DNA from: a virus
Lineage: Duplodnaviria; Caudoviricetes
Length of the DNA: 64,000 nt
Strand: one strand, 5' to 3'
IMG/VR virus record: IMGVR_UViG_3300012983_000001
Coordinates: 128,001 to 192,000 of that record
Shown piece after piece: positions 52,187 to 59,951 of this stretch (position 1 is its first letter; each line of letters starts with the position of its first letter). A model generated the notes under the pieces. That model had not been told where the DNA came from, searched no databases, and saw nothing but the letters and a program-made list of their open reading frames with translations. Made by a program: the position numbers and the translations under genes.

Positions 52187-52603
52187 TTATCTACCTCCCA
52201 TGTGATATAATGCAGAAATCAATTCTGGGGTTGCTCCATAGTTTTCTATTGCACTACCCAATGTATTGCCTTGCATTGTTTCTTCTGCCATATCCGAGAA
52301 TGCTGCGTAATTACCACCAGATGCTCTATGCATTGCAGGAACTACGCCTGTTGTATACGAATTCGTCATTCGCGCTAATCCATCTGAATAGGATACTCTT
52401 CCAAGTACTGCTTTATTTCGTCCCTTTAAACCTTCCTTGCCTAAATTAAAGGCACTAACTCCGCCAACAACTAATGTTGCGCCTAATGCATTAAATTTGC
52501 GAGGAACTAATAGTGACGACAAACCACCACCATTTGCAATAGTATTTGGTTTTGTAACAGCTTTACCTATTCCTTTAAGAATCTTGTGCTCCACTATCTT
52601 CAC
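52187..52603 (-). CDS. Gly/Ala-rich putative internal virion protein
   Basis: One hydrophobic helix; C-terminal YGATPELISALY. Confidence 0.5.
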   Translation of the reverse strand: MKIVEHKILKGIGKAVTKPNTIANGGGLSSLLVPRKFNALGATLVVGGVSAFNLGKEGLKGRNKAVLGRVSYSDGLARMTNSYTTGVVPAMHRASGGNYAAFSDMAEETMQGNTLGSAIENYGATPELISALYHMGGR

Positions 52604-53408
52604 CTCCAGGATTCATAACTGTATGAACCTCAGATTTGCCATTTTCATTTACTACTGGCTCATCAATTATTACACTACCGTCATCATCGAATTCCATATC
52701 GCTAATATTGATGATTTGTTGAGCTTTTTCCAGTTCTTTTACTTGCTGGAATATCTTGATTGCCGTATCAGATGCAGACTCTTTACGCTTATCAGCAGCT
52801 TTATCTTTACGAGTAGCGTTCAGTTGATTCAAAATTTTAATCTTTTTGTCTTGTAATGTCATGAGAAATTCTACTTCAGGAGCAACTATTTTACCATAAT
52901 ATGGTTGGCATTTCTTATCAATATCAAGTAATGTATCGGCCATAAAATCACCATTTAAGGCTATTTTATTCTCTGCTCTTAAGATTTGTACCTCAATATT
53001 GACCAAATCCTTGATTAACGTAGCGTCAACAAGGTCTTTTGAATCAATAACATCGTTAACAGTATCAATTTCAAAGTGATAACACCACTGTTCGTATCTG
53101 GATAAAATAGCTGCAATTTCCATTGGACATCTTTGACCAACAGTACGTTGAGCCTGACTTACCATGCAAGTGTCTTTGTATGCACAATCTGCACCTCTAC
53201 ATATGATAGGCACCGATGCAAACATACCGTGCTTTGAAGAATAGACCCTGTTCATATTACCAATTTCTTTGATAACTGCTGGGTCTATTCCCCACATTGC
53301 TGTTGTAATTTCAGTACCAGATTTATTTGCAAGGTCTGGTAATGTACTGTCTGTATTGTATGTAATAGGCTTATTTACGTTTATGCCTTGCGTTAAATTA
53401 TTACTCAT
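52575..53408 (-). CDS. Candidate terminase small subunit with Cys4 cluster
   Basis: CRGADCAYKDTC...RCPME cluster, helical C-terminus (LNQLNATRKDK), upstream of terL. Start MSNNL with SD AAGGAG. Confidence 0.5.
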   Translation of the reverse strand: MSNNLTQGINVNKPITYNTDSTLPDLANKSGTEITTAMWGIDPAVIKEIGNMNRVYSSKHGMFASVPIICRGADCAYKDTCMVSQAQRTVGQRCPMEIAAILSRYEQWCYHFEIDTVNDVIDSKDLVDATLIKDLVNIEVQILRAENKIALNGDFMADTLLDIDKKCQPYYGKIVAPEVEFLMTLQDKKIKILNQLNATRKDKAADKRKESASDTAIKIFQQVKELEKAQQIINISDMEFDDDGSVIIDEPVVNENGKSEVHTVMNPGGEDSGAQDS

Positions 53409-53418
53409 GTTGTTCTCC

Positions 53419-53982
53419 TTATAAGAATGGCACTCCAGCAATATCTTTACGGCCATAATTATCAGTTGTTAATGTTCCACCAGATAAGTATCTGCCACCA
53501 ATTGCTACACCTGCATAGGCAGCAACTGCGGTTTTAATACGTGTACTTTTTACTTTTGCATCTTCTGGATTAAAATATGCTTTAGGTATTGCCCAGGCAC
53601 GTTCGAGACTTGACATTCTTTTAGTAACTTCACCACCATTAACATCTTGTACGGCCATTGATGCACGTTTTTTAATCATTTCCAGCATTGATTCAGGAAT
53701 GTCACCCATGTCTTTAAATTGCTCATCAATAGATGCTTCAAGGTTTTTTGCATTTATTTGCTTAATTGCAGCTTCTATGTCGTCTGTTAGGTGAGTACCA
53801 AATGTAGCACGAACTTCGTTCTGAGCAATGTCATTCAAATATTTTGGTGAACGTGCAACATATGAAGCCAATTCATCTTGCATACTCTTTGGCTTAACAG
53901 CAGCATACCAATCACTTTTTGCAATGGAACCTGCAACATCTTCAATTGATGCCCCCACTGAATTCAATACGCCTTTATTCAT
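53419..53982 (-). CDS. Hypothetical protein, paralogous C-terminus with 53997-54584
   Basis: Ends GRYLSGGTLTTDNYGRKDIAGVPFL. Confidence 0.65.
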   Translation of the reverse strand: MNKGVLNSVGASIEDVAGSIAKSDWYAAVKPKSMQDELASYVARSPKYLNDIAQNEVRATFGTHLTDDIEAAIKQINAKNLEASIDEQFKDMGDIPESMLEMIKKRASMAVQDVNGGEVTKRMSSLERAWAIPKAYFNPEDAKVKSTRIKTAVAAYAGVAIGGRYLSGGTLTTDNYGRKDIAGVPFL

Positions 53983-53996
53983 GTGTCTTCACCACC

Positions 53997-54584
53997 TTAA
54001 ATAAATGGAATGCCTGCAATATTACGCTCTCCTTGTGCTGTAGTTGTTAAATTACCACCAGATAAGTATCTAGCAGCAACACCTACGCCTACTGCACCAG
54101 CGATTGCAACCTTAGTACGAGCTTTACCGAATTGTTCGTCGCCAAAATATCCTCTTGCAGTATTTAAAGGACCAAGGCCTTGTTTGCCTTCTCTTCCGAT
54201 AAATTTCTGAAAGTCAGCACTTTGTAAATCCGCTCCTTCGCCTGTATGTTTAGCAAAACTTTCAACAGCATCAGCGTATGCAGTTTGCATTGCGCTATCC
54301 TTTAAAGGTTCAAAACTACCTGTTTGTTTTAATGCTTGATTCAATTCATCAATACCACGAACAGAAACTCTTTCGCCTTTTTTAATAATACGCTTTGCCG
54401 CGTCATCACCAAGCGTGATATCAGATGCCGCTACTCTCCCAAAGCCATTAAAAGCACTAACTGCCTTGGAATTTGCAAGTGAACGAGCTACGCTTACATT
54501 ATTAAATGCCATAGTAGTTTTTAAAGAGCTCTTACCAAAAGCTGTTGAAAAAACATCATCAAGTGTTCCCCAAAGATTAGCCAT
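53997..54584 (-). CDS. Hypothetical protein, paralogous C-terminus with 53419-53982
   Basis: Ends ARYLSGGNLTTTAQGERNIAGIPFI. Confidence 0.65.
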   Translation of the reverse strand: MANLWGTLDDVFSTAFGKSSLKTTMAFNNVSVARSLANSKAVSAFNGFGRVAASDITLGDDAAKRIIKKGERVSVRGIDELNQALKQTGSFEPLKDSAMQTAYADAVESFAKHTGEGADLQSADFQKFIGREGKQGLGPLNTARGYFGDEQFGKARTKVAIAGAVGVGVAARYLSGGNLTTTAQGERNIAGIPFI

Positions 54585-54602
54585 TGTAATTCTCCTTTCT
54601 GA

Positions 54603-54956
54603 TTAAACTATATTATAGTCACCACGATTACGGTATCCGTCCCGTGGTGCTTTGCCATAATGTATCTTATTTTTCATTTTTTTATGTACATTCTTATTAG
54701 ATGAAACAGTGGTATTGCTGCTAATAATGGTATTACCATATACATCATAACCAGAAGCCGCCATTTTTGCTTGCATATTTACATTACCAGCAGTTAATGA
54801 AGAATATGATTGTACAGTTCCATTGTACTTGGCACGCTGATTATCCATCTCGATACGTATTTGCTTGGATATTTCAGCCTTTACTTCGTTGTTGTTAAGA
54901 GCAGCAATGATTAAATTTACTATTTCTTGACTTACGCTTTGCCCTGGAAACCACAT
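54603..54956 (-). CDS. Hypothetical protein
   Basis: 117-aa ORF with SD AAGGTG, in operon. Confidence 0.55.
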   Translation of the reverse strand: MWFPGQSVSQEIVNLIIAALNNNEVKAEISKQIRIEMDNQRAKYNGTVQSYSSLTAGNVNMQAKMAASGYDVYGNTIISSNTTVSSNKNVHKKMKNKIHYGKAPRDGYRNRGDYNIV

Positions 54957-54973
54957 TCTATCACCTTCTCTTT

Positions 54974-56167
54974 TTAATCGTCGTCATCCAGGATGGAAAT
55001 CAGACCAATACCTGCTGTTGCAATACCTGCGGCAGTGATAATCTGATTATTTTGAGCAAATTCCGCGATACCACTCTTTTTATTTGCCCACCATTCCGCA
55101 TGTTCTTGTGCTTTAGCAGCTGCTTCTTGATTAGCTCTCTCAATATCGCTTACATCAAAATCTTCACCATACTGTCTTTGCATTTGTCTCATTTGTCGAT
55201 TACTAGTTACATAATCAATTTGTTGTTCAGGATGCATTCTATTGTAAGCATCAATACTTTGATTTAACGCTCTTCTGTCTTGTGTACTTGGTCTATGTGA
55301 ACGATGAGTTACATTATGAAATGCTCTACCTAATGGACTTCTGTTTGCATCTTCTAATGCATCATTTGTGTTAAATACAGATGTTTGTCTGGTTGGTGTA
55401 CGAGCTTCATTTACACCACCACGCCTAGCTTCATTAATGAGACGTTGTGCTTCTGGCTGAGGAACGCTACGACTTCTTTCTCCACCCATGCCTTCCAGGT
55501 CACCTTTTTCTTGCACAGGTTTACCTGCTTTTCTGTCGGCAATTCTTTGTCGAATCTCTTCTTTACGAGCCTCTAATTGAGCTTGACGCTCTGCCGCCTC
55601 TTTTTCCATTTGTCTTGCTTCACGGTCAATTCGTCTTTGAGTAACTTCTTCGCCTCTACGTTTCTTCTCTGCTCGTGTTGTAGCTTCATGATATTCATCA
55701 TAAGAACGGCCAGAAGTATGTCCCTTTTCTGCTCTTTGTTCTGCTGTTAATGGCGACTGTCTACGCTGTTCACTTTGTTGACGTCTCCAAGCTTGCTGTG
55801 GAGTTTCACCATCCAGTTTATTACTAACTACTCGTTCTGGTGCAGCTTCTTTGCTTCTCAGCTCTTCCAAACGCGCCCTACGTGCTTCAGGATTAGCACG
55901 CATGTCATCCATATGAGTTCTGTAGCGTCTAACTAAATCAAGCTGGTCTGACTGATTCATTTTACTAAAGTCAGCAATACCACCCCACTGTGCGGCTTTA
56001 GTGCCGATTTCGTCAAATTCTCCTTGTAATTCTTTTAGTACTTGCTTTTTAGCGTTATTGACAGCGTTTTTTCCTGTGCTTTTGGTAGCTCCTTTGACGA
56101 GGTCATCTGCATTTTTACCTAATGCTTCACCAAGCTCTCTTAAGCTACCGATACCAAATCCAGCCAT
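54974..56167 (-). CDS. Arg/Glu/Gln-rich coiled-coil protein with C-terminal hydrophobic helix
   Basis: Highly charged centre; ends IITAAGIATAGIGLISILDDDD. Confidence 0.65.
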   Translation of the reverse strand: MAGFGIGSLRELGEALGKNADDLVKGATKSTGKNAVNNAKKQVLKELQGEFDEIGTKAAQWGGIADFSKMNQSDQLDLVRRYRTHMDDMRANPEARRARLEELRSKEAAPERVVSNKLDGETPQQAWRRQQSEQRRQSPLTAEQRAEKGHTSGRSYDEYHEATTRAEKKRRGEEVTQRRIDREARQMEKEAAERQAQLEARKEEIRQRIADRKAGKPVQEKGDLEGMGGERSRSVPQPEAQRLINEARRGGVNEARTPTRQTSVFNTNDALEDANRSPLGRAFHNVTHRSHRPSTQDRRALNQSIDAYNRMHPEQQIDYVTSNRQMRQMQRQYGEDFDVSDIERANQEAAAKAQEHAEWWANKKSGIAEFAQNNQIITAAGIATAGIGLISILDDDD

Positions 56168-56181
56168 GTATATTCACCTCT

Positions 56182-56487
56182 CTATTCATTGCAATACTGT
56201 TCTTGAATCTTTTGATTCAATTCTGTTTCACATTTCGGGCAACAAATTCCAGGCTTCTCGTTTCTGCGGATAAGATATTCTCCGCAGCATTGTGGGCAAA
56301 TCACTTTCTTGTCCTTACGTACATCCTTGTTGTATGTTGGAATATTATTCTCATTGCGGATACGCTGGATACTTACTCTGTTATATTTAATTATATCAGC
56401 AATTTCAGAATCCTTCAATCCTTCTTCTTGAGATAATCTTCTGATTTCATTAACAATAACAGGACTAGTTACGCTCATGTTTCTCAT
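56182..56487 (-). CDS. HTH + zinc-ribbon transcription regulator (first gene of the morphogenesis operon)
   Basis: GLKDSEIADIIKYNRVSIQRIR HTH; CPQC...CPKC. True start may be ATG 56478. Confidence 0.75.
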   Translation of the reverse strand: MRNMSVTSPVIVNEIRRLSQEEGLKDSEIADIIKYNRVSIQRIRNENNIPTYNKDVRKDKKVICPQCCGEYLIRRNEKPGICCPKCETELNQKIQEQYCNE

Positions 56488-56514
56488 TCCTTTCTTATAA
56501 GTATCTTAATATAT

Positions 56515-56544
56515 AATATACCCGATAAGGTACCAGTTTTGCAA
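56515..56544 (-). promoter_or_regulatory. Promoter of the regulator/morphogenesis operon
   Basis: TTGCAA-18 nt-TATATT; overlaps the recurrent GTATATTATA motif. Confidence 0.5.
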
Positions 56545-56604
56545 CATAATATTACTAATTTGGGGCGAAGCCCCCGTTTTTTCCACTCTTTTTTTGTAAC
56601 ATCG

Positions 56605-56695
56605 TATGACAAAGGGCTCCAGAGAGTAACACTCTGGAGCCCTTGCCGTAGGAACAAATGCCTATAAACTTACACGAAGGAGAAGCCTATGCTTC
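56605..56695 (-). ncRNA. Candidate anti-SD small RNA 1 (~90 nt)
   Basis: Promoter at 56702-56730; body contains CUUCUCCUUCG; ends in a 13-bp hairpin (56608-56647); no ORF on this strand. Confidence 0.6.
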
Positions 56696-56701
56696 AATCT
56701 C

Positions 56702-56730
56702 ATCATAGCATGACTTTGGCCATTATGCAA
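56702..56730 (-). promoter_or_regulatory. sigmaA-type promoter of sRNA 1
   Basis: TTGCAT-17 nt-TATGAT with TGn extension. Confidence 0.7.
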
Positions 56731-56769
56731 GCAAATTTTTAATATATATATTTTTCAGACCAACGTTTA

Positions 56770-56856
56770 CAACAAAGACCAGCGAGGCTAATGCGAACCC
56801 CACTGGTCTTTTTAGTTGACTCGAAAAGGAATGTAGAAAGAATTATTCTCACCACA
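56770..56856 (-). ncRNA. Candidate anti-SD small RNA 2 (~85 nt)
   Basis: Extended -10 TGaTATTCT at 56863-56871; seed UUUCUACAUUCCUUU; terminator 56774-56811 whose G-U pairs work only on the minus strand. Confidence 0.55.
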
Positions 56857-56899
56857 TGTTAAAGAATATCACAGTTTCATTTAATAAACTACTGGAAAT

Positions 56900-57076
56900 C
56901 TATTCCTTATTAAAGTCTACTTTAAATAGAAACTGCTTAACCTCTTCGAACTCAAAGTTATGTACATCCCCAAGGACTTCTTTGACATGGTTATAAGCTG
57001 CAAGTAAATTTACATGATTGTCCTGAGAATATCGAAATGTCATTTCTGACACTTCTTCAAGTTCCAGATTTCTCAT
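56900..57076 (-). CDS. Small hypothetical protein (58 aa)
   Basis: Below the ORF-track cutoff; MRNLELEEVSEMTFRYSQ...VDFNKE; SD AGGAGGT and its own promoter. Confidence 0.7.
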   Translation of the reverse strand: MRNLELEEVSEMTFRYSQDNHVNLLAAYNHVKEVLGDVHNFEFEEVKQFLFKVDFNKE

Positions 57077-57100
57077 TATAAATTACCTCCTGTGTCTAAA

Positions 57101-57129
57101 GTTATATCACATTTTGTCACAAAAAGCAA
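57101..57129 (-). promoter_or_regulatory. sigmaA-type promoter of the 58-aa gene
   Basis: TTGCTT-17 nt-TATAAC with TGn extension. Confidence 0.7.
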
Positions 57130-57145
57130 ATTTCACTCTATTATT

Positions 57146-57192
57146 CGGACCGTAGGTCCGTTTTGTTATGGTTGTATCGGGCCGTAGGCCCG
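57146..57192. repeat. Two 15-bp palindromes CGG(A/G)CC-GTA-GG(T/C)CCG, 32 bp apart
   Basis: 57146-57160 and 57178-57192, with a compensatory A-T to G-C change between copies. Confidence 0.85.
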
Positions 57193-57427
57193 CTTAACCA
57201 TGGGCGCAAAAGAAACACTAATCGTTGCAACAGATATATAGTCGCAAAATAAAACCCACCAGTTGCTTTACATTTTGGTACATGATACTCGAACAGATGT
57301 TCGGCCAGTATAGGGTAAATTTATATATATATTTTTGGGGGGAACCTGCTTTTAATCTTGTATGATGTTCTTTAGTTCGATACCCCACCCTATGTGTGGA
57401 AGACAATAAAGATTGGAGGAATTGGTT

Positions 57428-57874
57428 ATGAAGAAACATGAGAAAAGATACCATGAAGTAGTTAGTAACAAAGTAGCAAGTGTATATGTTCAGGAGTTTT
57501 ATTTTCCAAAGTTTAGAACATTCACAGATGGCACAGATACTATTGAAACACAGTACACTGAGAATATCAGTATTTGTGTAGGTAAGAGTAGACGTGCTAA
57601 TAATGATTGGTTCAATGGTGATAAGACTGGAGATAAGATACACAATAAATCTACAGGTAATATCGCTACATTCATGAGTATCGTTGATACCTTGACACTG
57701 CATATCCTTGAGTTCCATCACATCTATGGATACTACTGTTGTACATTCACCCCTACTGATGATAAGAGACGTAAGACCTATCTTAAGGCTATCAAGCATC
57801 TGTGTAGGGAGTGCTATCTCACATTCAAGTATGTAATATGTGATGATAACGAACTAATGATATGGATTGAATAA
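57428..57874 (+). CDS. Early hypothetical protein
   Basis: ATG 57428 with SD GGAGGA; first plus-strand gene. Confidence 0.7.
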   Translation: MKKHEKRYHEVVSNKVASVYVQEFYFPKFRTFTDGTDTIETQYTENISICVGKSRRANNDWFNGDKTGDKIHNKSTGNIATFMSIVDTLTLHILEFHHIYGYYCCTFTPTDDKRRKTYLKAIKHLCRECYLTFKYVICDDNELMIWIE

Positions 57875-57897
57875 CTCACATTAAAGGAGGGATTGTT

Positions 57898-58089
57898 ATG
57901 AATAACCGCATAACCCTGTCTCATGATGACATGATGCTTATCGTATCTGCATTAGCTGCATATCCAGGTGTAGTTAAGAAAATGCATCACAATGATGATT
58001 CCATGGGTGACATTACCCGTGCTACGAACCAGTGTGTCGAAATCGGTATGAAGATTATTGACATGATGGATGCAATCGAGCAGCAGTAG
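57898..58089 (+). CDS. Early hypothetical protein (63 aa)
   Basis: SD AAAGGAGG. Confidence 0.7.
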   Translation: MNNRITLSHDDMMLIVSALAAYPGVVKKMHHNDDSMGDITRATNQCVEIGMKIIDMMDAIEQQ

Positions 58090-58093
58090 TGTA

Positions 58094-58120
58094 TGTCCTG
58101 AGCATGACAATAAAAGGCTC
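58094..58120 (+). ncRNA. H-type pseudoknot motif, copy 1
   Basis: S1 TGTC/GACA, S2 GAGC/GCTC, A-rich loop 3. Confidence 0.6.
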
Positions 58121-58184
58121 TCTCCTCTGGGGGAGACTAAATAGGCAGTTAGGCCCAGAGCGTTAGTAGAAATACTAGGTCTGC
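58121..58184 (+). ncRNA. Pistol self-cleaving ribozyme
   Basis: TCTCC TCTGGG GGAGA CTAAATA G GCAG TTAGG CCCAGA GCG TTAGTA GAAA TACTAG GT CTGC. P1, 6-bp pseudoknot, P2, P3 and the conserved AAAUA, GCG and GU are all present. Predicted cut G58179/U58180. Confidence 0.93.
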
Positions 58185-58240
58185 ACACAACAAAAAATAA
58201 AATAAAGACCCATGTGTAGAGGGCAGATTGGAGAAACCAT

Positions 58241-58510
58241 ATGAGTTATCAGATGAACAACCAGGAAAACGAAGCTATGAGACAGTACAGCTACAGAGAA
58301 CGTAGTCGTATAGCAAGAGAGAAAAAGAGACAGGAATTTATCTCTAACTTTATTGCTGTTGTAGTAGGTGTACTCATGATGCTTGCATTTGCGTATGCAT
58401 TCGTATATGCACTTGCTAATGAACCGTTTAATGCACCTGTTGCTAATCCAGCGTACATAAACGAGTATGAAACACCAGATGTACCAAGATACATCTACCC
58501 TGAAGAGTAG
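58241..58510 (+). CDS. Small single-TM membrane protein flanked by two ribozymes
   Basis: Basic patch followed by FIAVVVGVLMMLAFAYAFVYALA. Confidence 0.7.
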   Translation: MSYQMNNQENEAMRQYSYRERSRIAREKKRQEFISNFIAVVVGVLMMLAFAYAFVYALANEPFNAPVANPAYINEYETPDVPRYIYPEE

Positions 58511-58517
58511 TACTACA

Positions 58518-58592
58518 TGCAGAGTGGCATAGGGACTGTACATCCCTATGTTAATGCACTATCCCATATAGGGATACTGGTCACAAGTCCAG
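58518..58592 (+). ncRNA. Twister ribozyme, circularly permuted (P5-type order)
   Basis: TGCA-GAGTG, P1 hairpin GCATAGGGA/TCCCTATGT, TAA-TGCAC, P3 TATCCC/GGGATA, P4 CTGG-TCACAAGT-CCAG; T1 CAC/GTG, T2 AC/GT. P2/T2 is 1 nt shorter than consensus. Predicted cut U58552/A58553. Confidence 0.75.
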
Positions 58593-58623
58593 GTGCAAAT
58601 ATAATCCTAAGGAGGATAAGGTT

Positions 58624-59298
58624 ATGAAGATTAAGAATCTGTATTATGGCATTATCGGTCTTATTGCTTACTACAAGCAGACCAAGGCAAACAAGGTTAA
58701 TCTTAAGGCTACTAAAGCTAATAAGGTTGACGTAGTAACTGTTGATGATAGGGAATTAAGTATTCACTACATCCCTGACATGAATAAGCGTGGTGTTGCA
58801 TATGGAGCAATCTTTGTTTTCCCACATCTTGACAAAAAGACATTCATCGGTGTGGATGACAAATTCTATGCATTACCGCAGGAATTACAACAGGCAGTGA
58901 TTTACCATGAGGTAGGGCATTATGCACATGGTCACTTTAGTAACAAGGGGTTCCGCTATATCTGGCAACAGTGTGTACAGTTAGGCAAGATTGCTGTTGC
59001 TTCTGAAGACCAGAAGGCTAACCTGTTATACGAGTTTACCATGATGACTCGTAATGACAACGAGGAGTATGAAGCAGATGCCTATGCAGTTAATAAGGTA
59101 GGAGCTCATGCTGTTGCTGCTTTGCTCTTAACGTTCTATAGCTTGTACCCTAGTGAGGAACTTGCTATCAGATATCAAAAGGTTACTGGTGAAGCAATCG
59201 AAACAAGTAGTGCTTTTCTGGAGCTTAAGAAACAAATGGCACAACAATTTACTTCTATCTTTAAGGATGCTGAAGTAGTATCCATTGAGACTTTATAA
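58624..59298 (+). CDS. Zinc metalloprotease (M48/M56-like zincin)
   Basis: AVIYHEVGH and EYEADAYA motifs. Confidence 0.8.
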   Translation: MKIKNLYYGIIGLIAYYKQTKANKVNLKATKANKVDVVTVDDRELSIHYIPDMNKRGVAYGAIFVFPHLDKKTFIGVDDKFYALPQELQQAVIYHEVGHYAHGHFSNKGFRYIWQQCVQLGKIAVASEDQKANLLYEFTMMTRNDNEEYEADAYAVNKVGAHAVAALLLTFYSLYPSEELAIRYQKVTGEAIETSSAFLELKKQMAQQFTSIFKDAEVVSIETL

Positions 59299-59321
59299 AC
59301 CTAGATTACATTAAGGAAAGG

Positions 59322-59951
59322 ATGGTAGTTATGATGAACACTACAACAAACAAGGTATTGGAGAAACTAGTAAACGCAGGCGCACTGGAAAGAATCGCAA
59401 AGGACTTAAAGCTAGACAAGGTTCCAACTATTGTATATGACGGAGAAGGTGATTACGTCATGGCAGCGTCTGGACAAGTATGGGCTCGTGGTAATCTGTT
59501 CCATGAAACAGTTACAAAGACTGAAAGTGACTATGTTATTCATGTCAACACCAAGGCCTTAGCTGATACTCAGAGACAGTATTGTATGCTGACTTTAAAC
59601 CCTCAGATTATGACAGACATTACACTGATATTACTGAAACACGAATGCCGTCATATCTGGCAATATCAGAATCAGTTCACGGTTGGTGATGTTCGCGAAA
59701 AATTCTCTTTTCGTTTAGAAGCTCATGGAGATTCCAAGGTAGAGCGTGATGCAAACGAGTACGCAGTACAGAAAAGCAAAGGCAGACGCTATATCTTAGC
59801 TCTTCATGCAAAAATGTTACAAGAGAAAAACCCATTCTCATTTGGACCTTCTACAGAAGAGATACATTTAAACCATGAGGTAATGCGTGCGTATTTTCCT
59901 ATTGCACATTACATAATCAATAAACTTACAGGAGGTAAGAAATATGTATAA
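59322..59951 (+). CDS. Zinc metalloprotease-like protein (HExxH)
   Basis: LLKHECRHIWQY and VERDANEYA. Confidence 0.75.
   Translation: MVVMMNTTTNKVLEKLVNAGALERIAKDLKLDKVPTIVYDGEGDYVMAASGQVWARGNLFHETVTKTESDYVIHVNTKALADTQRQYCMLTLNPQIMTDITLILLKHECRHIWQYQNQFTVGDVREKFSFRLEAHGDSKVERDANEYAVQKSKGRRYILALHAKMLQEKNPFSFGPSTEEIHLNHEVMRAYFPIAHYIINKLTGGKKYV

Noticed and set aside
702-56436. Numerous plus-strand ORFs of 60-140 aa in the track
   Set aside because: They are antisense shadows of long minus-strand genes, with no SD or protein-like motifs.
56689-56742. Plus-strand 17-aa ORF MLQSHHSMTLAIMQANF with SD AAGGAG (type I toxin-antitoxin idea)
   Set aside because: The peptide overlies the minus-strand promoter, is not a convincing TM toxin, and has no evident plus-strand promoter. 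It is better explained as the complement of the sRNA seed, though not excluded.
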